A DNA stretch of 64,000 bases from assembly GCA_951406725.2 (NCBI GenBank), contig OX597837.1:44950001-45014000 (forward strand). Direction: 5' to 3'. Shown here piece by piece: positions 1-13,986 of the stretch. This DNA is from Octopus vulgaris. Lineage: Eukaryota. A program made the translations under genes and the position numbers. The notes under the pieces are model-generated. The model did not search any database, was not told the DNA's origin, and worked only from the letters and a program-made list of their open reading frames with translations. Positions within the stretch are counted from its first letter, which is position 1. Each line of letters opens with the position of its first letter.

Positions 1-134
1 TTTATCTTTCATTTATATATATGTATAATTAGTTACGAGTCAATAAAACCTAGGTACATCAGCACGTAGGACGCCAGAAATGGCTAGGTACAATAACATG
101 CGTTTCTCAGTGACATAAAACAACAATAAAGTAT

Positions 135-436
135 CAAATTTCGAAGGGAATGAAAAACATAAACATTTACCATCTATCTCCTGGACCAAGTAATGCCGGC
201 ATTATTTTATTTGCTGCCGACAAAAAAGACTGCGCTTGCACGGTGGATTTGAAAAATTATAATATATAACCACGGGACACATGCTGGTTTGCCTCGTATT
301 TATATGTTTAATCTAGGCGTACCTGTTGATGAAGACTTCGCCTAGCAAATCATTTTATTTGCTAACATAAAGTCAGAAACCATGGTCCAGGAGATAGATG
401 GTAAATGTTTTTATTTTTCATTCCTTTCGAAATTTG
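135..436. mobile_element. Candidate MITE/foldback with 54-bp inverted repeats
   Basis: 135-188 is the reverse complement of 383-436 at 51/54 positions. The interior is non-coding and no TSD was found. Confidence 0.6.
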
Positions 437-564
437 TCCCTAATAGAGGTTTGGATTTTAGCTGTTCCTTCAAGCGTGCCAGGTACCCTATGATAGATAC
501 CTCTTATGTGTTTAAATGGACACTGTATTTATATATATATATATACATCTTTTAGATGTTTCAA

Positions 565-727
565 GGCGGAGGAGTGACTGCATGGTAAGCAGCTTGCTTG
601 CGAACCACATGGTTCCGGGTTCAGTTCCACTGCGTGGCACCTGAGGCAAGTGTCTTCTACTATAGCCTCGGCCCGACCAAAGCCTTGTGAGTGGACTTCG
701 TTGACGGAAACTGAAAGAAGCCTGTCG

Positions 728-803
<76 letters not shown>

Positions 804-1010
804 TGTGTCTGTGTTTGTCTCCCCAACATCGCTTAACAACCGATGCTGGTGTGTTTACGTCTCGGTAACTTAGCGGTTCGGCATAAGAGACCGATAGGAA
901 TAAGTACTAGGCTTACAAACGAATAAGTCCTGGGGTCGATTTGCTCGACTAAAGTCGGTGCTCCAGCATGGCCACAGTCAAATGACTGAAACAAGTAAAA
1001 GAGTAAAAGA
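565..1010 (+). mobile_element. tRNA-derived SINE family A, full length, with internal (TA)n(TG)n tract
   Basis: Head GGCGGAGGAGTGACTGCATGGTAAG...GGTTCAGTTCC (A/B-box-like), CORE-like GGCAAGTGTCTT, microsatellite at about 728-800, and a 3' half ending GACTGAAACAAGTAAAAGAG. Homologous to 31096-31488, 28932-29531 and 32826-33108. Confidence 0.9.
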
Positions 1011-1454
1011 ATATAAGAATTATATAACATGAAGATGGATGATATTAGGTTTTTATAATAGATCACCTTGTTTGTTTCTGTCCTGCAAACCATATACCAT
1101 TACACGAGCTCTTTTTATTACAATTATTACAATATATTGGAATATTTTTTCAGCAACAGCCCTGCGTGGGCGCTTCGTCGGGTGGAATGTGATTAATCAT
1201 TTCCACCAGAGGCAGCACCTACATACGTCTTTTAACAGAGAGTAGATGATTTGTAGTTGTTTATGCCTTTAATGCCTTCTTCCGAGCCAACGACGCCTTC
1301 GTCCTTTTTTGCCTCCCGCTGAAAAACAAGAATCCGATACATTAGCTATTCTATTACTTGTGTCCATTCATCTTATCATAAACTCTTCTTTAGATTAATT
1401 GTTACCGAAGCTGATCTCCTGTATTGACTCTCCTTCTTCCTCTCCATCGACATA

Positions 1455-1600
1455 AGTAAACTGTTCGGCCAAAAAGAGATCCTATAGATTAAGAACCAGG
1501 CTTAGAAAATAAAATACACTGGAATCGATTCATTCGACTAAAGGTCTTCAAGGAGGCGCCCCAGCATGGCCGCAGTCGAAAACAAATAAAAAGTAAAAGA
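1455..1600 (+). mobile_element. Diverged 3' half of SINE family A
   Basis: GTTCGGCCAAAAAGAG...TTCGACTAAAGG...CCCAGCATGGCCGCAGTC...AAAGTAAAAGA matches the family A tail. Confidence 0.75.
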
Positions 1601-1602
1601 AT

Positions 1603-1892
1603 ATGACACGTGATCACGTGATTGACTGGACTAAGGGATGTTGTTATACATCACTGATCACAATGCGATTTGCATTGTTTCAGCTTTTCAATAATGCCAA
1701 CCCACTGGGTAGACGTGCAAGTGAATATTCCTTGTGATCTGAAGGCTATTTTGTTGCGGGGTTACCCGAACACAGCCGAGTGGAGTGGAGCATGTAAATG
1801 TTGTGCTCAAGAACATAATGCGACGTCCGGTCCAGGAGTCCGAACTCAGGATCTGGCGATAGTGAGTGTAACCCCTAAGTCACGTGCCTGCA
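1603..1892 (-). mobile_element. Diverged SINE sharing its 3' tail with the 10926-11241 element
   Basis: GTGATCACGTG...GATGTTGTTATACATCACTGATCACAATGCG..TGCATTGTTT aligns to 10934-11010. The head is a different, degenerate tRNA/CORE-like sequence. Confidence 0.65.
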
Positions 1893-1984
1893 CCAGGAAA
1901 TTTACTCTCCTAGGCAGAAGTTCGGGCGAGGTTGTTTGTGTTAGGCCAGACTAGTGGTCGCCCATGCATACCAGACTCTACACT

Positions 1985-2112
1985 CCCCAAAAAGGAACAA
2001 CGTGAAATAAAGTGTCTTGCCCCAGAACACAACACACAGCCCGGTCCGGGAATCGAACTCACTACCTCATGATTGTAAGCCTGACTCTCTAACCACTGTG
2101 CCGTGCACCTCA
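1985..2112 (-). mobile_element. tRNA-derived CORE-like SINE 5' part
   Basis: Minus strand reads GGCACAGTGGTTAGA...GAGTTCGATTCCCGGACCGGG...GGGCAAGACACTTTATTTCAC (A box, B box, CORE-like). Homologous to 42354-42500. Confidence 0.8.
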
Positions 2113-2154
2113 CACATCTCTCTCACCCCCATCTCTCTCACCCCCATCTCTCTC

Positions 2155-2255
<101 letters not shown>

Positions 2256-2264
2256 ATGTATATA

Positions 2265-2370
2265 TGTAAAAGACACTCACTTCCCGAACGTTAAACTAAT
2301 ACATCTGTTTCTTGTTTACACATCCGTCTTCGTTTTTTGTTTTTTTTTTGTTCTTTGTAAATTCCAACTA
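2265..2370 (+). repeat. 3' fragment of the Penelope-type terminal repeat also at 62685-62880
   Basis: GTAAAAGAC...TTCCCGA.CGTTA.ACTAATACATCTGTTT...GTCTTCGT.TTTTGTTTTTT is shared with 62782-62880. Confidence 0.7.
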
Positions 2371-2371
2371 T

Positions 2372-2402
<31 letters not shown>

Positions 2403-2490
2403 CACACAAACGGAAAGGCAGGCAGATAATTAGACACCGGTTCTTCTAGCAGAGCACTTCAGAGCCACTAAGGATGTTAATTTTTCTTCA

Positions 2491-2568
<78 letters not shown>

Positions 2569-2715
2569 TAGTTGAATGAATTATCTTATTATGGATAATT
2601 CGGTTAACCGATGCCTGGGTAGCAAATTCCCGTCAGAAAAACACATATGCAGCCTTCGAAACATATGTCGAGAATAAAGGAATTTTGTTAATTCGTCGTT
2701 CAACTCTATTCTTTC

Positions 2716-2785
<70 letters not shown>

Positions 2786-3598
2786 CGTATGTATATATGT
2801 ATGTATGTATTTTTTTGCAGTCGTCTAATTTAATCTCTTTGCAGTTTTCAATTTACAATGAATTACTCTGGTCTTATTTATCAAATCTAATAAACGACGC
2901 ACAGAAACAAAGATAAAGTTAGCTTGATGTTATGTTCTGTATAGAAACAGCGCAAACTCTGTCTCACTCTGTTTATAATCATAAATAGCTGAAGTAGGTT
3001 CAGTGCAACAGCACATCATTTGGCCAAGTTCACCATGGCCGGTCATCAAAGGCCCGCAAATTCGTAAGTGCAGAACTGAAGGCAAGGGAATATTAATTTG
3101 TTGGTGTACAAGCATATAAGCAAGGAATAATTAATTAAATATCAATAATTGTCTTCATTAATGTTGATTTTTTTGACTCAGTATAATTATTTATAGTAGG
3201 CTTTTTAAAGCTAGTTTTATTAAATACACTCACACTAACGGAATTGGTTTTTGAGGACTGGGACCATTTGAGGACCATTTGAGGACCGTGATCGGTGTAA
3301 TCGACTAACCTACTCCCCATAAATTTCAGGCATTGTGCCTATTGAAAAAAAAATTATGAAAACCATTCTAAATTTCTATAAAGATGTGGTTGCTATGGTC
3401 AAAAGAGTGAAAATTGATCGTCTTTAAACGGACTTTGACGAGTGTTTGTTGTTTCTCTCTTACGTTTATCACCCTTTCTTCTTCCATCTCTCTCTTTCCC
3501 CCTTCCCTCCTCTTTATCTCTATAACGGCTTTTGGCAGCTTCTATTCACTCTCTTTCCCTCTCCATATTCGCAATCTCTCTGTCGCTTTTTCTCCCCC

Positions 3599-3635
<37 letters not shown>

Positions 3636-3854
3636 CGTCTTTCTATATATAGAGAGAAAGCGTTGACAGCTGCAAGTGTGATTAATGGAGAGGAATAAAA
3701 TAGTAAACAATTATATTATGTCGGAAATATATTTCACTCTCTTTAAGTTAAAATATTCCCGCTAGAGGGCTTTTACAACGGTGAATTATTATCGCCCACC
3801 ACCACTGCACAATAATGATAACAGATATTATTAATCAGATATTCATTATGTTAA

Positions 3855-3955
<101 letters not shown>

Positions 3956-4237
3956 ATATATATATATATATATATATAAAGTGTATATATCGATATTTGA
4001 ATATATATGTGTGTATATATATATGTGTATAATGCGTATACATATGTATATATAATACGTATATATATATATGTGTATGTATGTATATAATGCGTATATA
4101 TGTGCATATATATTTAATGCGTATGTATATATATATATATAATGTGTGCATATGTGGTCGGATTGAGCTGAAAATTTGGACACCTATGGTAAAAGTGCTC
4201 GCGAGCTTGCATAGCAATTTTGAGTTTGCTCATTTGA

Positions 4238-4272
<35 letters not shown>

Positions 4273-4337
4273 GTATATATATACATATATATATATATAT
4301 TTATATATATGTGTGTTTGTGTGTGTGTGTGTGTGTA

Positions 4338-4652
4338 TGAATGCGCAATGGCCCATTGGTTAGGGCAGCGGACTAGCGGTGGGAGGATCGCGGTTTCGAT
4401 TCCCAGACCAGGCGTTGTGCGTGTTTATTGAGCGGAAACACCAAAAAGCTCTACCAGGCTCCGGTTGGAGGTGGTGGTGACACCTGTTGTACTCTTTCGC
4501 CACAACCTTCTCTCACCCTCTCTTCCTGTTTCTTGAGTAACGCTGCGATGGACTGGCGTCCCGTCCAGCTGGTGGGGGGATACATACACCACAGAAACCG
4601 ATAAACCAGGCCCATGAGCCCGGTTAGGCTTGAAAAGGGCGAAAAAAGAAAA
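4338..4652 (+). mobile_element. tRNA-derived SINE family B with Meta-domain-like body
   Basis: A box TGGCCCATTGGTTAGGGC, B box GGTTTCGATTCC. The 3' part CTGCGATGGACTGGCGTCCCGTCCAG...CAGAAACCG resembles the MetaSINE/V-SINE conserved domain. Confidence 0.8.
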
Positions 4653-4721
4653 ACTATACATACATACACACACACACACATACACACAAACATATATATA
4701 TATATATATCTACAGTCTACA

Positions 4722-4880
4722 GCCTTCTTTTAGTTTCTGTCTAAGAAATCAACTCACAAGAACTTGGTCGTCTCAAGGCTATAGTAGAAGACACTCGCCT
4801 AAGGTGCCACGCATTAGGACTGACCTCGGAACCATGTGATTGGTAACCAAGCTTCTTATCCCACTGCCACGCCTGGGCCT
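4722..4880 (-). mobile_element. SINE family A 5' half (diverged)
   Basis: Reverse complement of the family A head (GGCTATAGTAGAAGACAC..GCC.AAGGTGCCACGCA...GGAACCATGTG), ending next to a (TA)n tract. Confidence 0.85.
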
Positions 4881-5525
4881 GTTGAAGACAATCAGTCAAA
4901 AACACAATCTCTGAAATATAACTTAAGCTTGTGTTCTGAGAATTTTCCTTCTCATAGCTCACTCTGGAACAGTTATCACTGCTTCTGTCCAAGTTTCCAA
5001 TCTATGTTCATTTATGTCTATTTGTTGCGCCTGTCTGATAAACTGGTTCGTTTCTTTCCAAAGTTAATTAATTAAACAATATTTTTGTAAGTGTTTTATA
5101 AGGCGTTTTGTTGCTCTAGTCTACCGCTACAGTCTTGTTTATTGCTTTTAAATTTTGATTTATGAAAAGGTTATAATTGTTGAGGAAAAATGAGGGTTAA
5201 AATAAATTTGGGAAAGAATTTATTTGACGACACATCGCTACTGTAGCTGTGGCAACGCATCTCCAACATTTCAGTGACGGGATTTATAGGACCAAACGAA
5301 TGTTCAAAACAACGTGGATGGAAACGTTGACGTAGAAGTTCCAAAAGATTTTGATGTTTCTTAAATGGTGTTCATGAATCATAGCAGTAGAATAAGCAAG
5401 AGAAGACGAAAGGGTTGCAAATAGAGCTGTTCGCCGACCGTTTTATGCCACGCTGGGAACAAACATGACCTTCCGAACTCATAATCATATCAACTGGCTT
5501 TTTCAGATATATGTATGTGTGTGTC

Positions 5526-5577
<52 letters not shown>

Positions 5578-5730
5578 GGGTGTGTGTATGTATTTATATA
5601 TGCATCATCTTATATTGCCTATATTTACGTCACTTCTGTCAATCTTGTTAAGCAAATGGTTGTTCTAGCAATGGCACGGATCACATAAACCTTTCATTGT
5701 AATAGAAGCGAAATTGCAAAGACAAACAAA

Positions 5731-5775
<45 letters not shown>

Positions 5776-5820
5776 ACGCACGCACGAACGCACACACACA
5801 ATATGTATATGTATGTCTGA

Positions 5821-5859
<39 letters not shown>

Positions 5860-6206
5860 CATATATGCATATATCTATTCATATATATATGGATATATAT
5901 ACCTATATATATATATGTATGTACACATACATACATATAAATGCACTTACACATACATTTTGTATAACTAGGTATGTTCGTGTGTGTCTATGCATAGGTG
6001 TGTGTTCAAGCTTAGTTATTTAATTCGTAAGATATAAATATATATATCACATGCCATTAGCCTCACTTTCGCTCTCCCTATCTATCTGTCCTTCCTTCTC
6101 TTTCTCTCTCTCTCTCTATTTCAATCTCTTCTATTGAATTCAGCATTTTAAAATGTTGCCTTAAACACACTAAGCGTGCACACATACGTGTAATATACAT
6201 ACATAC

Positions 6207-6306
<100 letters not shown>

Positions 6307-6516
6307 TATAGGTGAGAAAGTTGGTGTGTATATATATATATATATACAAATATATACATGCATATATACATATATATATATGAATATATATATATATACA
6401 TGTATGCATACACACACACATATGCATGTATACATGTAAATATATATATATATGTACATATATGTACATATATATATATATACATGTATATATGTGTGTG
6501 TATATGTATGCATATA

Positions 6517-6575
<59 letters not shown>

Positions 6576-6594
6576 ATGTATACATATATAAGTT

Positions 6595-6625
<31 letters not shown>

Positions 6626-6869
6626 GTATGGACGAGTGAATGAAAGCGAAGTATTTTCGATAGATTTCGCATGAAACTCTGCCTGTATTTACGTCACAGC
6701 TACAATCAATCTTGTTAAGTAAATGGTTGTGCTTTTGATCGCAACAATCAGATAAACCTTTCATTTTAGATGCTAGCAATATTAATGTGAACCTCAATTC
6801 AACCAAAAATGGCTGGTCACTAAAATCAATATTCTATGGCCGCACATCATCACGGCTATGATGGCGACG

Positions 6870-7255
6870 ACATCATAGTCGTCATCGTCGTCGTCGTCGT
6901 GTTCTCGTATTCGTCGTCATCTTTATCGTCGTCGTTGCTGTCATCGGTATCATCACCATCATCGCCATCATCATCACCACTATTACTACCTTCACAACCA
7001 TCATCACTGCCAACCCCTCACCGCCAGAACCCCCACCATCTACACCACCATCGCCACTACCACCGCCACCACTATCCTCTTCCTTCTCTTCCCATCATCA
7101 TCAACATAATCCTCCTCCTCCTCCTCATCATCATCGTTGTTGCCATCGTTATTTTCGCCGTCATGTTGTTTATCATCATGTTTATGATCATCGACATCGC
7201 TGTTGTATGCGTCCTCTTCGTCGTTGTTGCTATCACTATGATTATGATGATGATG

Positions 7256-7333
<78 letters not shown>

Positions 7334-7813
7334 GTAATCGTCTTCATCATCATTGCTATTACCCACCACCACTACTGCCACCATGTGCACAAGCCATCCT
7401 CCTCCTCGCCATCATCATCATCCTCATCCTTATCTTCATGACCCTCCCTCTCATAGTCGTTGTCTTTGCCACCATGATCACCATCATCATCATCATCATT
7501 ATCGTCATCATCGTCATCATCGTCAACAATAACAACAGCTTGTTATCATCCGCTAAAATTCATCGTCATCCTCATCGTATTTGTCATCAGAATCGCCATC
7601 ATCATCGTCATCATCATCATCATCATCATCATCATCACCATCATCATAACCATTATCATCAACATCATATCATCAACAACAGCATAAACATCATTAGCAT
7701 CATCATTATCACGATCATCATCATCATCATCATCATCACTACCACCACCATCATAATCATCATCATCATCAACATCATAAACCATCATCATCAACAACAT
7801 CAACAACATCATT

Positions 7814-7850
<37 letters not shown>

Positions 7851-8250
7851 CTACCACCACCATCATAATCATCATCATCAACAACATCATAACCACCATC
7901 ATCAACAACAGCAGCAACATCATTATCATCATCATCATCATCGTCATTATCATCATCACCACCACCATCATAATCATCATCATCAACAACATCATAACCA
8001 CCATCATCAAGAACAGCAGCAACATCATTATCATCATCATCCTCATCATCACCACCACCACCATCATAATCATCATCATCAACAACATCATAACCATCAT
8101 CATCAACAACAGCAACAACATCATTATCATCATCATCATCATCATCATCATTATCATCATCACCACCACCACCATCATAATCATCATCATCAACAACATC
8201 ATAACCATCATCATCAACAACAGCAACAACATCATTATCATCAACAATAA
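6870..8250. repeat. (CAT)n-derived low-complexity region with higher-order units at about 7740-8250
   Basis: Pure and degenerate CAT/CGT/CAC/CAA triplets, with a 90-110 bp unit repeated about 4 times. Confidence 0.95.
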
Positions 8251-9097
8251 CAACACCAACGGCTGCCGCAGCCGCGACACGGATGGTAATAAATGAAATC
8301 ATCTTAAACCACATGTACAAGAAATCATCTTATTTCACATGTACAAGAATTCAAGAAGGAATTACGAACATAGAGCACGTATCTCTTGAAACTCAGATCT
8401 TAAAAAAACAGCAACTTGTTTAAATGTTACATGATAGACGACTTCTTCAGACAAACATGAAAATATCAAAATACTTCGAAGATACTTTACTTCGAATCGT
8501 ATTGTTTTATGTCAGACAGTGGCGTCAAAATATTGATTATGTATTTAAAATGTAGACAGGTGTCGTTTGCAGTAAACACCAAACATAACAATGACATGGA
8601 TATGACTTAAATATTTATTTTTAATATGTTCTTGCATATTTGAACATGAATGTGCCAATGGCTAGAGTGTTTCGTTCCTTTTACGAAGAATATTTTTTTT
8701 AAATGATACACTCGATGCATTAGCGCAGGGTATTCAGTAACACCGCTGTTTCGGCATAATTGTGACCCGTCAGTTTCAAGCATTCGGGCCAACGAATCGA
8801 ACGAGAGCAGATGGTATTATTCATAATTTCGGCGAACAAACAGGCGTAGCAGTGTGGTAAGAAGTTGGCTTATATAAGATGAAACAACAGCAGTGAGGAG
8901 GAGGAGAAGGAGGAGGATGGCTTGTGCAGATGGTGGCGGGAGTGGTGGTGGTGGTGGTGGTGGTGGACATAGCAATGATGATAAGGAGCAGTTAATACTA
9001 CTACTACTGCTCCTTATCCATCTGTTGTTATTTATTTTTCTATATACATAAATCCGACGGGCTTCTTTCAGTTTACATCTGCCAAATTCAGTCACAA

Positions 9098-9470
9098 CGG
9101 TCTAGGGGAGATAGTAAAGAGGTTCTTACGACATTCTATCATGCCATATGTTTCCCCACAAATAAATCTAATACTGTACAAACCTACTTAAACTGGAGAC
9201 AGAAACAAATTGAAGTAAAACCCTACATAGACAGTAACAAACTTGCCAACGTCAGAAGAAACATTATGAAAAAAAAATTACTGACTGAATTAGAGATTGA
9301 GCAAATTAAACAATCAGTAAGGGATAAAAGGAACGAAGTTGTAGCTATAGAAGACACTACAGAGGAAATAATTATAGACGAACCCAGGGCTGATGAGAAT
9401 GCAATAATGATAGAAAGAGTTAATATAACTGATAAGCAAAGTGAAATACTCTCTGAAACAAACAACGTTT
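9098..9470 (+). pseudogene. N-terminal ORF fragment of an R4/Dong-like RLE non-LTR retrotransposon
   Basis: Stop-free frame SRGDSKEVLTTFYHA...YLNWRQK..KPYIDSNKLANVRRNIMKKKLLTELEIEQIK. It resembles the 'W..E...VM..YY / W..RN....D.NKLAN.RR.I.K...LT..E...IK' N-terminal block of these elements (recognised by eye). Confidence 0.6.
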
Positions 9471-9964
9471 TTTTACTTATTTTCCATTCCGAGATATTTA
9501 TCGTTCAGTGATCGTTAAAATAAAGTTTCAGCCATATTTAAGCAGTCTGCATTTTTATCAGCTTCAATGATATCCGTGTTTGATTCCATTCGTTGCGGAT
9601 ATTGACTGTTCACAAGAAAATAATTGTTTTGTTATTGGCTGTCGTTGTCAATTTTGCTGTTGTTGTTATTGTTACTGTTTATGCAGTAGATATATTGGAT
9701 TATGTAAGTTCTATTAATTTTTATCTTTACCTTCTATGTAAAGATACGTTTTTCAATAACGCACTCGAAACTTCTTTAACTCTTAAAATGAGAAATGTAT
9801 GTATATGGGTACACGCAAACAAATGCACTTGTAAATCGACATAACACAAACATATACATACAAGTAGAGAGACACAGACACACAAATACATACAAACATA
9901 CACACACACACACACACACTTACATATGCATATATATATATGTATGTATGCGTGTCTGTGTATG

Positions 9965-10007
<43 letters not shown>

Positions 10008-10088
10008 AGGTAGATAGATAGATATATAGATATATATATATTCATGTGTATGTACGTATCTACCTATCTGTATATATGTATTTATGTA

Positions 10089-10179
<91 letters not shown>

Positions 10180-10625
10180 TTTACAGATGCAATAAGTAGC
10201 GTGTTTTCGATTTAAAAAAATGTAGCATTGAGTACATTTAGTCCTGGTACTGTCAATGCTTAGTAGATCTTGTGTGTAATCTAATACACGATGAAAAAGT
10301 ATCTATGCAATCTTTCTTCGCCAGGAGGAGGAAAAAAATCTGTCTGATCAGTTTCAATCGTATATATATATCGGCTCAGCTCACACGGTGCATTTGTCTG
10401 TCTTCTTTCTTTCCGCGTAAAAATTGTATGTGTGTTCACTGGGATTAAGGACTTCAATAAACCGGAAAATAAGATTTGTGCAAATAGTGTATAGCTAGAA
10501 GACGGGTAAGTGAATTAAATACTGGTGAGCTAAGCAGTGTGTCTTTTTTGTGTAATGTAAAGGGAATCTGCATCCATACATATATATATATATGCATACA
10601 TACATACACGCATACATAATACACA

Positions 10626-10819
10626 CTTTATTATCAAAGCTGCAGAAACATCACAAAAATATCACGAAAAAATCTGCTACTCAGAGTTTGACCTTCCCGT
10701 TCGTCGGGCCGTTGTAATCATGGTTCTTGATAACAACTGTCCGACGATCACGAACGTGAAACACCAAGTAGCAGATTTTTGCTATATTTTTGTGATTTTT
10801 TGCAACTTTAATAGTAAAG
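10626..10819. mobile_element. Foldback element of two inverted ~90-bp arms, probably Penelope-type ends
   Basis: 10626-10715 is an imperfect reverse complement of 10733-10819. The right arm carries CCGACGA...GAAAC and the left arm a degenerate copy on the minus strand. Confidence 0.7.
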
Positions 10820-10821
10820 CA

Positions 10822-11241
<420 letters not shown>

Positions 11242-11316
11242 CATATATATTCATATACATACATACATACATACGAAATACATACATATAAATGCATATA
11301 TATTGTATATCGATTT

Positions 11317-11510
11317 TAACTTTGGACACAAGGCCAATATTTTCTGAGGATGGTTAAGTCATTTTCATTGGTATCAGTGCTCAACTGGTACTTATTTTAT
11401 CGACCCCGAACAATAACTGGCAAAGTCGACCTCGGCGGAAGTTGAACTCAGATACTAAAGCCGAAAGAAATGCATCTTAATCGGCACAGTTACGATTATG
11501 CGAGCTCACC
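11317..11510 (-). mobile_element. SINE family C (Nin/Deu-like domain)
   Basis: CTGGTACTTATTTTATCGACCCCGAA...GGCAAAGTCGACCTCGGCGGAAGTTGAAC, homologous to the other family C copies. Confidence 0.8.
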
Positions 11511-12137
11511 GACTCTATACGTAGATATATTACTTGAAATTCTACCTTGAGTTTATAATTACATATGGTATCTGATTTGCAGGACTTTTGAACGAACTCT
11601 TCTGTTGAGACATATTTTGTTGCATCTCGATAGGTCATTATACCAATATAAACACACGCGCTGGTTCTTTTTCACTTCTTTATTCTGTATTATTATTCGA
11701 TTGGGTAAAAATCCAACCAACTGACCAATCAGTGGTTGCAGGCGAAAGACTGAAACAAGTAAAAGATAAAAGATATCAACCTATTCACATTGTTGTCCCC
11801 CAGAAACTATTCATTTATGCGGAGAAAAAAAACATAAAACATTATATAAGGGTGATAGACAGAATAGTGATATAAATACACAATCATATAGACATGGGGT
11901 AACATCTAGGACAGCTCATGAGAGACAACGTATCTGACTGTCTTCGGTTCACGGAAAAAAAATTTGTCTATAGCCACTATTATTAAGGACTTCATTAAAC
12001 CGGAAAATGCGATTTGCGTAAATAATGCTTTACTGTCAGCTAGTTCAATATATCAATTCTTAATACTACTCTAAGCAGTGTGTTTTCGATAACGTAAATG
12101 GACGACGAAATATATTCATTGTACTAATACATACATG

Positions 12138-12222
<85 letters not shown>

Positions 12223-12280
12223 ACACCACACAAACACATACACACAGGCGCACACACACGAGCAAATTTATCTATATATC

Positions 12281-12387
<107 letters not shown>

Positions 12388-12463
12388 ATGTATATATATA
12401 TATATGTATATATGCATATACATATACATATGCATACATATATCAGATATGTATATGCGTGTG

Positions 12464-12504
<41 letters not shown>

Positions 12505-12749
12505 ATTCATACATCTCTTCTCTGTGAATATATTGTGCGACGCACTTGTGCATGCTTTTATCCCTGTATATCATTATGTGGAAGTTAACAATGGAACTGG
12601 TGTCATTACGGACGCCAATCTCTAAAAATATCTAAGATTTATAGCAGTTGACAACTGAATTCGTTTACTAAACCTTTCTATTTCCACAAGCTTTCTTTCT
12701 CCGTTCTCGTCTCTTTTTTATATTTTGTATGAATTAATTGATAGCTGAT

Positions 12750-12783
12750 AGATAGAAATAGATAGATAGATAGATAGACAGAC

Positions 12784-12857
<74 letters not shown>

Positions 12858-12886
12858 GTAGGTAGGTAGGTAGGTAGGTAGGTAGG

Positions 12887-12949
<63 letters not shown>

Positions 12950-12970
12950 GTAGGTAGGTAGGTAGGTAGG

Positions 12971-13028
<58 letters not shown>
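12750..13028. repeat. (GATA)n/(GGTA)n compound tetranucleotide microsatellite
   Basis: Read directly from the sequence. Confidence 0.95.
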
Positions 13029-13029
<1 letters not shown>

Positions 13030-13654
13030 CCAGACAGCTAGATCACACACGCATACATCATATAAATTAAGCACGCTTCACCTTATATACAGACACTCGA
13101 ACACAATACATACGCGCACACATACACACAGCTCACAAATAGACATCACACGCATTAACAGACATAGATATACGCTTGCGCCTACAACCCTGATAGACAC
13201 GCACCACAACATGACTCAGACACATTTTACACGTGCACACAAACCATAGACTACATCTTCAAATCCATACATTTTCTTGTAGGCGACAAGACGGTAGTTT
13301 AACTACACGAATAATTAGACAAATTATCTCATAAATATGTTGTTACCTTAAAGCTGGATTACAAAGTATCTCTCGAGTTTCTTCTTATTTTTTTTCTTAT
13401 TTCTCTGGTGTTTTCTTTTTTCTCTATAGTTCTTTCTTTGCAAAATACCGCAAAGTATTTACTGTTATCACTGCAGGTCGTGAGACTGCTCTGATTAAAA
13501 GCTAATATATGCCCTATTTACAGACTACCAAAGGTCCCAGCTCACTTATCCTTCTTTTTTCATAATCTACCACTGGCTGGATTTCGTATCCCACATAACA
13601 GCTCTTCTCAGAAACTGGGATCTGTATTGTTATTTGTATAATTCGTCAGCTTAG

Positions 13655-13920
13655 ATTGTTGGTGTTGTTCGATTTACTAGGCTGGACCCTGCGTACCGTG
13701 TTCCTTTCTCTGAAGATCTGACTGGGGTGATGCTTCGTATTGGTCGGTCACATGCCTCATGGCCACTGCGAATGAGGATGTGTTTCACGGAGATGGAAAC
13801 TGAGTAGAACACTGCTGGGTGGGGAGATAACCAGGACGACCCGAGCAAATACCGGAAAATTGTGGGTGCAGCGACACGCTGCAACGGTGCATCTCCACCC
13901 CGCTGTGCTTGACCTGACCT
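13655..13920 (+). mobile_element. 3' end of an RTE-like LINE (degenerate)
   Basis: GC-richer island translating with frameshifts to VRFTRLDPAYRV...GW..RIGR...YRKIVGAATRCNGASP, ending in a TGACCTGACCT short-repeat tail as in RTE-type C-termini. Confidence 0.5.
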
Positions 13921-13986
13921 TTACAATCAGGACATTGAGATTTCATGTGTTGAATGGGAAAAAATAAATTATAAATCTACCTTTCT

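Noticed and set aside
2565-2720. Hammerhead in the TA-flanked island (..CGAAAC..)
   Set aside because: There is no CTGANGA core; it is noted only as a possible small insertion.
4338-4415. Functional tRNA genes at SINE heads (also 2040-2112, 11165-11241, 42354-42425)
   Set aside because: A/B boxes are present, but there is no clean cloverleaf and each continues into a SINE body.
7207-8250. 347-aa His/Gln-rich ORF as a structural or metal-binding protein
   Set aside because: It derives from (CAT)n, switches between poly-H and poly-I, and several overlapping frames on both strands are equally open.
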